A stretch of DNA of 64,000 nucleotides from Candidatus Eremiobacteria bacterium (GTDB taxonomy: Bacteria > Vulcanimicrobiota > Vulcanimicrobiia > Vulcanimicrobiales > Vulcanimicrobiaceae), in contig CAVTRC010000001.1 of NCBI GenBank assembly GCA_963737065.1, positions 2,304,001 to 2,368,000 of the forward strand, read 5' to 3'. The position numbers and the translations under genes are program-made. The notes under the pieces are model-generated. The model had not been told where the DNA came from, made no database searches, and worked only from the letters and a program-made list of their open reading frames with translations. This document shows positions 39,115-49,136 of the stretch, in pieces. The stretch's first letter is position 1. The number at the start of each line of letters is the position of its first letter.

Positions 39115-40950
39115 TTACGGATTGCTCGGCGTTTGGGGGTCACCCGCAAATGGGCCGAACGGATCGAGTACGTATCTTGCGGCATACGGCGTGCCGTTGC
39201 CGAGCACGTAGTTATAACCTCTGCGCGTCGGGTAGCCGTTGTTGCCCGGGATATCGTTACGGAACACCGTATCGTTACCGCCGAACGCGAGTAGATAGAT
39301 CGGGTCGTTGGCGTTGCCGACGCGTCCACCAAGCGCTTCATCTTGAACTGCCTGCAAGCCCGCGAACTCGGGAGCCGCAGCACTCGTTCCGATGAGCAAG
39401 TAGAGGCCGCCGGCGAGCGCGGTGACATCCGAGCTGCGATGCGCGCCGCACGGTTGAATGGCGCCGAACGGGCAACCACCCATGTGCATTGCAACGTCCG
39501 GAACAGTGCGCATACTGGAACGCGTGTTTACGAGGTATTGATAGAGCGGTTTCTTCCAATACACACTGATACCGCCGCCCGAGCCCCAGACTGAGCCGGG
39601 CGCGTATCCGTACGACGGATCGAGTGGATCGTCGTATGCGTTCTCGGAAACGTATTTCGAGGTCAACGAATTTGCCACGTGTGTCGTCTGCAAATTCGTT
39701 CCGCCGACGCCCGTCGTGTTCGGATCGTTTGCCGGCCAAATCACGCCTTTGAGCGCCGTACTTCCCGAAGGATCGGTGCATCCGTATGCGCCGCCGTCGC
39801 CCGAGGAGTTGACGAACGTGATTCCTTGCGCATTGCCTTGACGGAACACGTCATGGAACGTCTGGAAGAGATACGTGAAATCTTCCCCGCCATTATACGG
39901 CTTGGTGAAGTACAATTCGCAAAGGCCGAACGACGCGCTCGAAACATCGGCTTGGTTGTCGTCGACGATCGCCGTGTACATGTCGAGGAACGACGGAACG
40001 ATCGACGCATCGGGCGCTTCGTATACGACGAGTCTGGCACCAGGCGCTGAGCCGCCGGCTTGCTGCACGTCGAGAGACACTTCATCAGAGGCGCCGCTGT
40101 TGATGTCGAAGGGCGGGCTTCCGCCGTCAACCGGGCGGCGCTCGATCGCCGGCGGCGTTAGCTTTTCGTGACCGAAATACAGGGCGACATCGCTATCGAG
40201 AAAGTCGCTCGCAGCGAGAATCGCGATCGTCTTTCCCGAACCGTTGAGCCGCGTGTATGACGGATACTTGTACGCTTCTTTAAGATCGTCGAACCAGTAC
40301 GGGCCGTCGACGCTGTAGCGATTCTGCGTAATGGGCGTCTTCGACACCAGCGCCGACTGCGGTCGCATCGCCGGAAGCGGCGCGAACGCTGCAACTTGAG
40401 CGTTTACCGACTTCAGTGCGGCGGGCAGCACGGGCGCGGTGTTGGCTCGCAGCATCGGCGTCGCTTCGTGACCGCGTGCGAGCGTGCTCATGCGGCGTGT
40501 CAAGTGCACGCCGAACGTCTTTTCTACGGTCGCCTGCGGAGCGTCCGCCACGACACCTTGCGTCGTGATCACGGTGCGGAAGCCTTGCGCGTTCAACGCC
40601 GTTGCGACCGTGCGCAAATCGTTCGCGGTCGCGCCGTATGACGCACGGAATTGCGCCGGCGTAAGCCAATGGTGGTACATCGGCGACTTCTTATCGTTTT
40701 GCTCCGAAATCAGCTTATCGAGTTCGCTGCTGTTGCGAAGCGGCAGATGAACGTAAAGCCGAACGCCCTGAGCCGCCGTCTTTGGAACGGTCGCATACAT
40801 GGCATTGTCGGCGGAGCTGGTGTTGGCATTCGAAAGTGACTGTGGTGATGTATCGGAGGTCGTGGGTATCGAGTTGTTTCCGCCCCCGCTGCAAGCGGAT
40901 AAGGCGAAAGCCGCAACGGCACTAGCCGTTGCAACAATGCGGAATCTCAT
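39115..40950 (-). CDS. Sedolisin (S53) peptidase lipoprotein with pro-domain
   Basis: LSAC lipobox; YHHWLTPAQF pro-domain; EVSLD, SSGDGG, GTSAAAP catalytic motifs. Confidence 0.9.
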   Translation of the reverse strand: MRFRIVATASAVAAFALSACSGGGNNSIPTTSDTSPQSLSNANTSSADNAMYATVPKTAAQGVRLYVHLPLRNSSELDKLISEQNDKKSPMYHHWLTPAQFRASYGATANDLRTVATALNAQGFRTVITTQGVVADAPQATVEKTFGVHLTRRMSTLARGHEATPMLRANTAPVLPAALKSVNAQVAAFAPLPAMRPQSALVSKTPITQNRYSVDGPYWFDDLKEAYKYPSYTRLNGSGKTIAILAASDFLDSDVALYFGHEKLTPPAIERRPVDGGSPPFDINSGASDEVSLDVQQAGGSAPGARLVVYEAPDASIVPSFLDMYTAIVDDNQADVSSASFGLCELYFTKPYNGGEDFTYLFQTFHDVFRQGNAQGITFVNSSGDGGAYGCTDPSGSTALKGVIWPANDPNTTGVGGTNLQTTHVANSLTSKYVSENAYDDPLDPSYGYAPGSVWGSGGGISVYWKKPLYQYLVNTRSSMRTVPDVAMHMGGCPFGAIQPCGAHRSSDVTALAGGLYLLIGTSAAAPEFAGLQAVQDEALGGRVGNANDPIYLLAFGGNDTVFRNDIPGNNGYPTRRGYNYVLGNGTPYAARYVLDPFGPFAGDPQTPSNP

Positions 40951-41087
40951 ATGTGTGAAAAAATCCCCCTAGAGCAGCATAGGCCCGTAAGATTGGGATA
41001 GCGCTCCTTTCGTCCTGCTTCGTAGGCGCTCACCTCGTTGGGAAATTCGGGGAAGGCGCACTCGCAGGATTGCTCACCGCGTGCACT

Positions 41088-41738
41088 ATGATCGACGTGC
41101 TGGAGGAAACGATGCCTGAGCGATTGCCAACAAGTCATGAACGGCGTTCGGGACAACCATGGGACGCCTCGTATCACGACGGTCCGGCCCCGTGGGATAT
41201 TGGAAAACCGCAGCCCGCTATCGTGCGTCTGGCGTCCGAAGGCGCATTCTCGGGTACGGTGCTCGACGCGGGTTGCGGGTCCGGCGACAACGTGCTTCAT
41301 ATCGCATCGCTCGGATTAGCCGTCGTTGGTGTTGACGTGGCCCAGACGGCGCTCGCGATAGCGCGCGCGAAGGCTGCGCATCGTGAGCTCGACGTCGAGT
41401 TCAAAACTGCTGACGCACTTCAGCTGGAGGGTTTGCGTCGCACGTTCGATACGGTCGTCGACTGCGGATTATTCCACACGTTTGACGGCGAGGAACGTTC
41501 ACGATACGTGTCGGGCCTCGCGGCGGTGACGAAGCGCGATGCAACCGTATACATCGTGTGCTTCAGTGACGAAGGACCCGATATCGGGCCCCACCCGGTG
41601 AGTCGAGAAACGCTGCGGGCCGCGTTCACTGCCCAGAACGGATGGAACGTCGTGTCGATCCAACCTGACCGGCTGCAAACGAGGTTCCACGGCGATCCTG
41701 GCGCATCGGCATGGTGCGCGACGATCAAACGGACGTAA
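41088..41738 (+). CDS. Class I SAM-dependent methyltransferase
   Basis: PWDIGKPQP, VLDAGCGSG, FDTVVDCGLFH; start uncertain. Confidence 0.9.
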   Translation: MIDVLEETMPERLPTSHERRSGQPWDASYHDGPAPWDIGKPQPAIVRLASEGAFSGTVLDAGCGSGDNVLHIASLGLAVVGVDVAQTALAIARAKAAHRELDVEFKTADALQLEGLRRTFDTVVDCGLFHTFDGEERSRYVSGLAAVTKRDATVYIVCFSDEGPDIGPHPVSRETLRAAFTAQNGWNVVSIQPDRLQTRFHGDPGASAWCATIKRT

Positions 41739-41763
41739 TGTATCGTCACCGGCTGCGCGCTAT

Positions 41764-41808
41764 ATTGACGGAAATCGATATAATGGTTTAATATCGACGT
41801 ATGTCGAT
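41764..41808. promoter_or_regulatory. arsR promoter/operator with two 6-4-6 palindromes
   Basis: ATTGAC-GGAA-ATCGAT (41764-41779, covers TTGACG -35) and perfect ATCGAC-GTAT-GTCGAT (41793-41808). Confidence 0.65.
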
Positions 41809-42133
41809 GCAGCGCTGCTGTCCTCCGGTTGCTGTCGTGAACGAGGAATTCGAATCGTCGGCGTTGCTCCTCAAAGCCGTCGCCGATCCGTATCGCCTCA
41901 CGATGCTCGCTACGCTCGCCGCCGCGGAAGATGAAGTGTGCGTCTGCGACTTTACCGACGCGCTGCCGCTGAACCAGCCCACGGTCTCGCATCATCTGCG
42001 GATCCTGCGAGAAGCCGGCCTCGTCACCTGTGAACGGCGCGGGACCTGGGTGTACTATCGCATCGCGCGTGACGCGCGCTCGCGCCTTCGCGACGTATTG
42101 TCGTCCGTCTTCAAACAGAAAGTAGCTCGATGA
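41801..42133 (+). CDS. arsR: ArsR-family metalloregulator
   Basis: KAVADPYRL, EVCVCDF, QPTVSHHLRILREAGLV, RGTWVYY; N-terminal CC. Confidence 0.88.
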   Translation: MSMQRCCPPVAVVNEEFESSALLLKAVADPYRLTMLATLAAAEDEVCVCDFTDALPLNQPTVSHHLRILREAGLVTCERRGTWVYYRIARDARSRLRDVLSSVFKQKVAR

Positions 42134-42540
42134 AAACTCATCTGAATCTTGGAACGAGTAACCTCGATAAAAGCGTTTCGTTCTACTCGATCCTCTTGGG
42201 CGCAACACCGGCAAAAGTCCTCAGCGACTACGCGTTATTTATCACCGACGAACCCGGTTTAGAACTAGCGCTCGACCTCCGTGATTCCGTAACGCCCACG
42301 ACCGATACCCATTTCGGCATCTACGTCGAATCAGCCGATGACGTTGAGCGCGCCATCGAACGACTCAAAGCCAACGGCCTCATTGATTCTATAGAACATC
42401 AAGATACTTGCTGCTACGCAAATCAGACGAAGGTGTGGTCTTCCGATCCCGACGGCCGGCGCTGGGAAGTTTACACGGTTCACGAGGACACCGAAGAACG
42501 CGACACCGACGACACGCTTTGTTGTTGTTCCGCGAACTGA
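42130..42540 (+). CDS. arsI: ArsI/CadI VOC-family protein (C-As lyase-like)
   Basis: HLNL, HFGI, TCCYANQTKVW, DPDGRRWE, C-terminal CCC. Confidence 0.85.
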   Translation: MKTHLNLGTSNLDKSVSFYSILLGATPAKVLSDYALFITDEPGLELALDLRDSVTPTTDTHFGIYVESADDVERAIERLKANGLIDSIEHQDTCCYANQTKVWSSDPDGRRWEVYTVHEDTEERDTDDTLCCCSAN

Positions 42541-42885
42541 TGAACCCGGGCCGCATGAAAAATTGGCCGGCGAACCCGGAAAGGTCTAAGAATGAATGAA
42601 GCGGTCTTGAATGGGGCTCATAAGGCGTGCCGTGATTCACTGAGGCTGTTCTAACGTCCGGTCTCTACGCACCAACGTCACCGGAAGACCGCCAAGAGCT
42701 GCGAATGCGACAATCAAATGTCACTAAGAGGCGTTCGTCATACCGGCGCGTCCTCGGCACGCGACCGCTACTGTTTCGCGCATTGTAAGCTCGACCTGAT
42801 TTACGTATGGCGGTTAGAAAAATGCTGCTATGCGAATCAAAACATCAAGTGACACATATAAAGAATTGAAACGCAATCGTCCCGT

Positions 42886-43224
42886 ATGAGAAACAAAATC
42901 GTTCAATCGGTGTGGGGCCTGATGGTGGTTGGCGCACTAATTGCTCTGACGTTTGCACCACCGCCGTTCGATCGTATCGCAAGCATCGCGTTCGTCACCA
43001 TCGCAACATTTCAAGTTGCCAGCGACGAAAGAGCGGATACCCGCTTCCTGGCGTTGGTGCTTCTCGCCGGCAGCGTCTTCATCGCCGTACGGTCGCTACA
43101 CTCGCGCGGCGTTCTCATGCAATACCTGGAGGCCAGCTACTTTCTGGTGCTTGGCGTCATACTTGTAGCGGTATACGCGCGAAAGCACAACGCAACCGCG
43201 TTGCCACCTACAGATCTGAAATGA
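42886..43224 (+). CDS. Small hypothetical membrane protein
   Basis: 112 aa with 4 hydrophobic segments inside the remnant. Confidence 0.5.
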   Translation: MRNKIVQSVWGLMVVGALIALTFAPPPFDRIASIAFVTIATFQVASDERADTRFLALVLLAGSVFIAVRSLHSRGVLMQYLEASYFLVLGVILVAVYARKHNATALPPTDLK

Positions 43225-43294
43225 TTACTGAATAAATAGATTTCACGCGTGCGTTTTCCGAATTGGGTCACGAGGAGTCGCCGGAATTCGATGA

Positions 43295-43462
43295 CTTCAC
43301 GACTTACGGCATACTTGCGCTTCGAAGTTGCTTCGGGCGATGGTGCCCATCAACGTCGTAGCGAAACGGCTCGCGCACTCATCCTCGAACGTGACACTCG
43401 ACCGATATATCCACGTCCTCGAAGGGATGGATCAGAAAGGCGTTGCAAATTGTGGCGACCAT
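43295..43462 (+). pseudogene. Tyrosine integrase C-terminal remnant
   Basis: LHDLRHTCASKLL...VAKRLAHSSSNVTLDRYIHV preceded by in-frame TGA at 43292-43294. Confidence 0.85.
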
Positions 43463-43550
43463 GGAGAGGTGGCAGAGCGGTTTAATGCAGCGGTCTTGAA
43501 AACCGCAGAACGTGTTGAGCGTTCCGAGGGTTCGAATCCCTCCCTCTCCT
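43463..43550 (+). tRNA. tRNA-Ser (anticodon UGA)
   Basis: GGAGAGG/CCTCTCC acceptor stem, GCGGT-CTTGAAA-ACCGC anticodon arm, long variable arm, GTTCGAATC T-loop; CCA not encoded. Confidence 0.95.
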
Positions 43551-43558
43551 TCGTTTCG

Positions 43559-44791
43559 TTAGGCCGATTCCGTACTCGTGCGTTTCGCACTTGCCAGCAT
43601 CGTAGCCGCAATCGCCGGGATCACACCGCAGAGTGAAAATAGCGCAACCGCGTGCCATGCCGCCGGGATGCCCGCGTTCTGCATGATTGCTTGAAAAATG
43701 GCGGGCGTCAGAATACCGGTCGCCATGACCCACGTCAAACCGAAGCCGAGCGCGCTACCCGCATGATTTTCGCCGCCGACTTCTGCCATCGCAACGACGG
43801 CGATACCGAACCAGCCTTCTGCTGAAATTCCAAGAAGAACTGCGACGCCGGCGAGCACTGAGATCGGTAAATTCCCAACGTCCGCAACAATAACTGCCGC
43901 CACCGCGCATAGCACGCACGTGATCGTTAACGGCGTCATGCGTCGTCCGTGGAATAAACGGTCGCTGATCCATCCCCAGGCAAGGCGTCCCGTCGCGGCG
44001 GCAAACTGCGTGATAACGAACACCAAACAGGCAAAGCTCGCCGAAACATGCAGCACGTGCACGAGCGTCCACGGAAAGAATCCCATCAGCGCGACTTGCG
44101 CGGCGAAAAGCACGATACTGACGAGCGTAATCAGGATTAGGCGCGGCTCCCGCCCCATACGCAAAATGTCTTTGAGCAGCACGCTCGCGCGTATTCGGCT
44201 GCCGTGGAGTTGCGGCGGTTCACGATAGAGCGCTGCCGCGCCGAGCGTGATGATGAGCACCAGTACGCCGAGCGCAACGAGCGCGCCACGATAGCCGTAG
44301 TAATCGGCGCCGATTGCAATGACGATTGCGCCGGCCACACCGCCGAGCGGCGTTCCCATCTGTCGTATGCCCATCGCGAGACCGCGCTCTTGCGGTTTAA
44401 AGAAGAACAGAATGGCGTGGCTACCCACAGGATTGATTGCGGCGAAGCCCATTCCGTAGATTGCGAACCACACGGCGAGCCAGGCAAAGCTCGGAACCGC
44501 GGCCGCTGCCAGCAACGCGCACCCCATGACGACGCCGCATGCAATGAGCACGGCTTTGTCGCCGAACCGATCCGTTGCGGCGCCGCTCACCGCGGTTGTC
44601 AGCGTCGCACCGAGCAGCAGCGCCGTGATCAAGACCGAGATGTGAGCGGTGTCGGTAGGAAATGCTTTCGAGACGTACGGAAGCAGCGCGCCGACGGCAA
44701 CGAGAATCATCGATGCAGCGACCATCGATGCGGTAAAGAGCCCGAGGATCTCGTAGCGCGACTCGGTCGGATGCGCCGTGTGGCGTAACAT
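43559..44791 (-). CDS. MFS transporter
   Basis: GAATDRFGDK, ERGLAMGIRQ, GWISDRLFHGRR; 12 TM. Confidence 0.9.
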   Translation of the reverse strand: MLRHTAHPTESRYEILGLFTASMVAASMILVAVGALLPYVSKAFPTDTAHISVLITALLLGATLTTAVSGAATDRFGDKAVLIACGVVMGCALLAAAAVPSFAWLAVWFAIYGMGFAAINPVGSHAILFFFKPQERGLAMGIRQMGTPLGGVAGAIVIAIGADYYGYRGALVALGVLVLIITLGAAALYREPPQLHGSRIRASVLLKDILRMGREPRLILITLVSIVLFAAQVALMGFFPWTLVHVLHVSASFACLVFVITQFAAATGRLAWGWISDRLFHGRRMTPLTITCVLCAVAAVIVADVGNLPISVLAGVAVLLGISAEGWFGIAVVAMAEVGGENHAGSALGFGLTWVMATGILTPAIFQAIMQNAGIPAAWHAVALFSLCGVIPAIAATMLASAKRTSTESA

Positions 44792-44911
44792 GCATGCTCC
44801 TCCGCGGGATGCTCGGAATGGCGTGCCGTTCGCCGCGCTTGGCGCGAGGCCCGCCCGCCAAAGCGCCCTCTGCAATTGCGAACGCAACGCTTTCGCGCTA
44901 TAAGCGTCGGT

Positions 44912-46030
44912 ATGCAGCTGCTTTGGACGCTCGTTCGCGCGATTGAAATTTCGGCCGCAATGGCGTGGGAAGTTGCGTGGAGTTTGGTACTGGGCTTCAC
45001 GCTCTCCGGGCTCGTGCAAGCGGTCGTTTCGAAACAACACATGCAGCGCGTGCTCGGGCGGAACGGTGCGCGCGAGACGGCGATTGCGACGCTCTACGGA
45101 GCGGCGAGTTCCAGCTGTTCGTATGCGGCGGCCGCGCTCAGTAAGACGCTTTTTAAAAAAGGCGCGGCCCTTATTCCGTCGCTCGCGTTCCTGTTTTCAT
45201 CGACGAATCTCGTGATCGAACTCGGGCTGATTCTGTGGTTTCTCATGGGCTGGCAATTCACCGCCGGTGAATGGATCGGCGGGGTAGTGCTTGTCATCGC
45301 GATGTCGCTGCTCGTGCGCGCCACGTATCCGAAACATCTTGTTGAAGAAGCACGCGCGCATGTCGACGGCACATCCGGACACGAGCATGGAGACAATACG
45401 GTCGACGGCACGACCCTGTGGGATCGTCTGCGTAATCCGCAAACGCCGGTCGTCGTCGCGCAAAACGCGGCGATGGATTGGTCGATGTTATGGAAAGATT
45501 TGCTCGCCGGTTTTATCGTTGCGGGCGTGCTTTCGGCGTTTGTGCCCGACACTTGGTGGAGTCATCTTTTCATCGGAACGGTAGGCGGCGCTCTCGTCGG
45601 TCCGCTCGTTGCGATCGTTACGTTCGTGTGTTCGATCGGTAACGTGCCGATGGCAGCCGTCTTGTGGGCCGGCGGTGCCGGCTTCGGCGGCGTCCTTGCG
45701 TTCCTGTACGGTGATCTCATCGTGCTGCCGCTGCTGGATATATATCGGAAATATTACGGCTGGCGAATGGCCGCGTATATCGCCGTAGTATTTTATGTGA
45801 CGATGGTCGCCTCGGCTTTACTCGTCGACGTTGCATTCAGCGCATTGCACCTCGTGCCCGCGCGTACGCAAGGCGGCTTCGCACTCGAAACCGCCTTTCG
45901 CATGAACTATACCTTTTGGTTGAATCTGGTCTTCGGCGCGCTCGCTCTATGGTTGTGGCAAATAAATCGCCGCCATCCGATGGAGCACGCGTGTCACGCG
46001 CACCATCACGAACATGGCATGGAGCACTAA
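44912..46030 (+). CDS. DUF318/ArsP-type permease with His-rich tail
   Basis: GAASSSCSY, STNLVIELG, TFVCSIGNVP; ends HACHAHHHEHGMEH. Confidence 0.8.
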   Translation: MQLLWTLVRAIEISAAMAWEVAWSLVLGFTLSGLVQAVVSKQHMQRVLGRNGARETAIATLYGAASSSCSYAAAALSKTLFKKGAALIPSLAFLFSSTNLVIELGLILWFLMGWQFTAGEWIGGVVLVIAMSLLVRATYPKHLVEEARAHVDGTSGHEHGDNTVDGTTLWDRLRNPQTPVVVAQNAAMDWSMLWKDLLAGFIVAGVLSAFVPDTWWSHLFIGTVGGALVGPLVAIVTFVCSIGNVPMAAVLWAGGAGFGGVLAFLYGDLIVLPLLDIYRKYYGWRMAAYIAVVFYVTMVASALLVDVAFSALHLVPARTQGGFALETAFRMNYTFWLNLVFGALALWLWQINRRHPMEHACHAHHHEHGMEH

Positions 46031-46374
46031 CGCCCCTCTTCGCGATCTTGTTGTTCGATCGATGTTCGGCGTTCATCGAGGATGAAGCGATTGGCGTTTT
46101 CGCGTTGCTCGTCGGAAACGTGCTCGTCGAAATATTTAATCAACGCTTCGTCGCCCGCGCCTTCGCGAATGAGATGATCGAAGTCGCCTTCGCTGACGCC
46201 GACACGCTTTAAAAAGCCGAGCGAGAGCGGGCAGTATGCAACGTAGTCGCCGTGGGTCCCGGCAGCCTCTGCGCGGGCTTTGTCAGCTAAACGCGCGAGC
46301 CACGCGTAGCGCCCGAGCGTCTCTTTTCCGCTACGCGGCGGCGAGGTTCGGAGATCCGGTGTTGTAGTAGCCAT
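46027..46374 (-). CDS. DUF5069-like protein
   Basis: DLRTSPPRS, LGRYAWLARLADKARA, YCPL. Confidence 0.7.
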   Translation of the reverse strand: MATTTPDLRTSPPRSGKETLGRYAWLARLADKARAEAAGTHGDYVAYCPLSLGFLKRVGVSEGDFDHLIREGAGDEALIKYFDEHVSDEQRENANRFILDERRTSIEQQDREEGR

Positions 46375-46376
46375 TT

Positions 46377-47273
46377 CTACGCTATTCCCGTCAACTCGTT
46401 GTTTAGTGCAATCGCGGCTCGCGCGCCGCTCGCGGCCGCGAACGCAATTTGATGGAGATGCGTTACCGCATCGCCGATCGCATAGACGCCGGGAACGTTC
46501 GTGCGATACTCGCCGTCAACGTCAACGTGACCTCGCTCGGTTAACCGGCAGCCAAGAGTTTCCGCTAAGCCGCAACACTGCATGAGGTTTACGTTCATGA
46601 AGAGCGCGTTGCGTTCTACCGAATCGCCGTCTTCGAATTCGATTCGCTGCAGCAGTCCGTCGCGCTCACGAAGCCGCCGGATCGGCGCTTGTTTCACCTG
46701 AACGGAGTTACGAGCGAGCCAATCACGATCGTCATCGGATATCGGCGTCGCGACGTCCGCGCAAACCACGATGTCGTGACTCCATTGAAAAAGCTCTTGC
46801 GCGAGACCGACGCCGCTTCGCGTGTTGCCCCACACGGCGATCGGGCGGTCGCGCACTTCCCAACCGTCGCAATAGGGACAAACAAACGCGCTGAGGCCCC
46901 AGCAGCGATCGAGTCCTTCTATTTCCGGCAGCTTGTCGCGCATGCCGGTCGCAAGAACGAGCCGCCGCGCGTGCACGCGTTCGCCGTCGTCGGTGACAGC
47001 CACAAATCCGTCGCCGGTGATCTCCGCATCCGAGACTGACGCGGCATAGAACGTCACGCCGTCATACTGCGCCAATTGAGCGCGCGCTTCTTCGAGCAAT
47101 TGTGCGGGCCCAATGCCGTCGCGAGACAAGAAGCCATGCGACTCCCGCGCCGGTAAGTTGCGTGGCTGGCCCTTATCCAGCACAACCACAGAGCGTCGAG
47201 CGCGACCCAACACTAACGCACATTGTAGGCCGGCGGGCCCGCCTCCCACGATTGCGACCTCGTACGTCGTCAT
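46377..47273 (-). CDS. Thioredoxin reductase-like FAD oxidoreductase
   Basis: GGGPAG, LATG, CPYCDG, TNVPGVYAIGD. Confidence 0.9.
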   Translation of the reverse strand: MTTYEVAIVGGGPAGLQCALVLGRARRSVVVLDKGQPRNLPARESHGFLSRDGIGPAQLLEEARAQLAQYDGVTFYAASVSDAEITGDGFVAVTDDGERVHARRLVLATGMRDKLPEIEGLDRCWGLSAFVCPYCDGWEVRDRPIAVWGNTRSGVGLAQELFQWSHDIVVCADVATPISDDDRDWLARNSVQVKQAPIRRLRERDGLLQRIEFEDGDSVERNALFMNVNLMQCCGLAETLGCRLTERGHVDVDGEYRTNVPGVYAIGDAVTHLHQIAFAAASGARAAIALNNELTGIA

Positions 47274-47397
47274 TCGCGAGTTCTACCCATAGCTCAGCGA
47301 GCGAACGGTCAATCTTTGCGTGCGCGGAGAAAACGGGTAAGGGCGTATGTGCATGAGGTTTTACCTTTCACTTAAACTCGGGGAGCGCATTAAAAGC

Positions 47398-48090
47398 ATG
47401 AATCAAACGTTTTTCGCACGCAGCGTCGCTGCGGCAACCGTGGTAGGAATGCTTGCGGTTTCCGCTCCGGCGTCCGCGCAGACGACGCAGGGAACGCCTA
47501 CGAACCCGAGCGCGACGAGTACCCAAGGAACGCAAGGAACGACCACCGATCAACAATCGCAAGGTCAAACACCGAGTACGCAGACGACGCAAGGCCAGCA
47601 ACCGGTCGACCAAACCAACAAAGGTGTCGCGACGCCTGCGCAATGCGGAGCATCGTCGCCCGCCGATACGAACAAAAATAACGGCAGCAAAGGCACCCAG
47701 CCGGTCGAAAGCAGCGGCGCGGCATCGAATGCACCGTCGGGCGCGACGACTTCGGGCGCGGGCACATCGAACACCGACAACGCCGACTGTCCTTCAGGCG
47801 GCACGACGTCTGCACCGGGCAGCATGAGCACCGGCGGCTACCACTCTGCGCCGAACGGTCAGCCCACGAACAGCACGCCGTCGAATACGACGACCACGAC
47901 GAATTCGCGCGATATGAACAACATGTCGATGCCGATGACGTCGGGACAGAGCACGATGACAAACACGCTGCGCGACAATCCGAACGGTTCGAATTGGCTC
48001 CAGAAGTTCAACCGTCCGAGCGTTGCAGCATCGAATCGCCACCATCACACGAATGCACTCGGTACGACGACTCATCCTCCTAAGCCATAA
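47398..48090 (+). CDS. Secreted low-complexity Thr/Ser/Gln/Asn-rich protein
   Basis: Signal peptide ending ASA; TQG repeats; almost no hydrophobic core. Confidence 0.7.
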   Translation: MNQTFFARSVAAATVVGMLAVSAPASAQTTQGTPTNPSATSTQGTQGTTTDQQSQGQTPSTQTTQGQQPVDQTNKGVATPAQCGASSPADTNKNNGSKGTQPVESSGAASNAPSGATTSGAGTSNTDNADCPSGGTTSAPGSMSTGGYHSAPNGQPTNSTPSNTTTTTNSRDMNNMSMPMTSGQSTMTNTLRDNPNGSNWLQKFNRPSVAASNRHHHTNALGTTTHPPKP

Positions 48091-48125
48091 CGAGATATAG
48101 ATCGACGTGACCAACGAAAAGGCTC

Positions 48126-49049
48126 TCAGCTCTTCGCTGAGAGCCTTTCACGTCCGTGCGCTGATTGCAAATATTGCAACGGTCCGATCGGGACGATACG
48201 CGTCGGATTGATATCGTCGTGCGTCATGTAATAATGACGTTTGATGTGATCGAAATCGACGGTTTGCGCAATGCCGGGTACCTGGTAGAGGTCGCGTAAG
48301 TATCCGTAGAGGTTCGGATAATCGACGATGCGGCGAAGATTGCATTTGAAGTGACCGTAATAGACGGGATCGAAGCGGATCAACGTGACGAAGAGGCGCC
48401 AGTCAGTCTCAACCGGATGTGGACCGAAGAGATACCGCCGCGTCGCCAGACGCTGTTCGAGTTCATCGAGCGTCGCAAACACGCGGTAAGCAGCCTCTTC
48501 ATAGACCTCTTGCGCGGTTGCGAAGCCGGCGCGATAGACCCCGTCGTTAACCGTTTCGTAGATCACTGCATTGAGTGCATCGATTTCGGTCCGTAGATCG
48601 TAGGGATACAGATCCGGCAGCGGATCTCCGATCGCATTGAACTCCGTTTCGAACATACGCATGATATCGTCGTCGGAATTGCTCACGACGCGCTTCGTCT
48701 CCAGATCCCAGAGGACAGGAACGGTGACACGGCCGCGATACCGCGGTTCGCTCGCGAGGTACAGCTCGCTTAAAAAATGCGCGCCGTATCGCCATCCGCG
48801 TTCGTCGCGAATCGGATCCACGATCGTCATCGGGATCGCAGGTTCCAGGCGCTTGAGTTTGCGCGCAATGATCGTACGGTGTGCCCAAGGACAGGCTAGC
48901 GAAACGTACAATTGATAGCGCCCCGCGACGGCGCGAAATCCCGAGCTTCCATCGGCGCTCACCCAACTGCGAAAACGATCTTGTTGGCGGACGAACCGGC
49001 CGTCTTCGGATTGTTCCGCGGGGAATTGTGCTTTCGCCGGTGTTTCCAT
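48126..49049 (-). CDS. Glutathionyl-hydroquinone reductase (YqjG/omega-like GST)
   Basis: CPWAHR, VTVPVLWD, NDGVYRAGFA, RFDPVYYGHFKCN, HIKRHYY. Confidence 0.92.
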   Translation of the reverse strand: METPAKAQFPAEQSEDGRFVRQQDRFRSWVSADGSSGFRAVAGRYQLYVSLACPWAHRTIIARKLKRLEPAIPMTIVDPIRDERGWRYGAHFLSELYLASEPRYRGRVTVPVLWDLETKRVVSNSDDDIMRMFETEFNAIGDPLPDLYPYDLRTEIDALNAVIYETVNDGVYRAGFATAQEVYEEAAYRVFATLDELEQRLATRRYLFGPHPVETDWRLFVTLIRFDPVYYGHFKCNLRRIVDYPNLYGYLRDLYQVPGIAQTVDFDHIKRHYYMTHDDINPTRIVPIGPLQYLQSAHGRERLSAKS

Positions 49050-49136
49050 ACGCTGTTCAATTGGCAGACGTTGGGGGAAGTTGCTTTCGCGCACCTAAAA
49101 ACGGCGTAGCCGAAACTCTTTTCCAGGGAGGCTCGC

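Larger units (their letters stand above)
42578..43500. mobile_element. Decayed tRNA-Ser-integrated element remnant
   Basis: Degenerate 5'-half tRNA-Ser copy at 42578-42611, AT-richer interior, integrase remnant abutting the tRNA. Confidence 0.6.

Noticed and set aside
40951..41087. Riboswitch upstream of the S53 peptidase
   Set aside because: No recognisable aptamer blocks or terminator.
43328..43636. 102-aa intact protein
   Set aside because: It is the integrase remnant reading through the tRNA.
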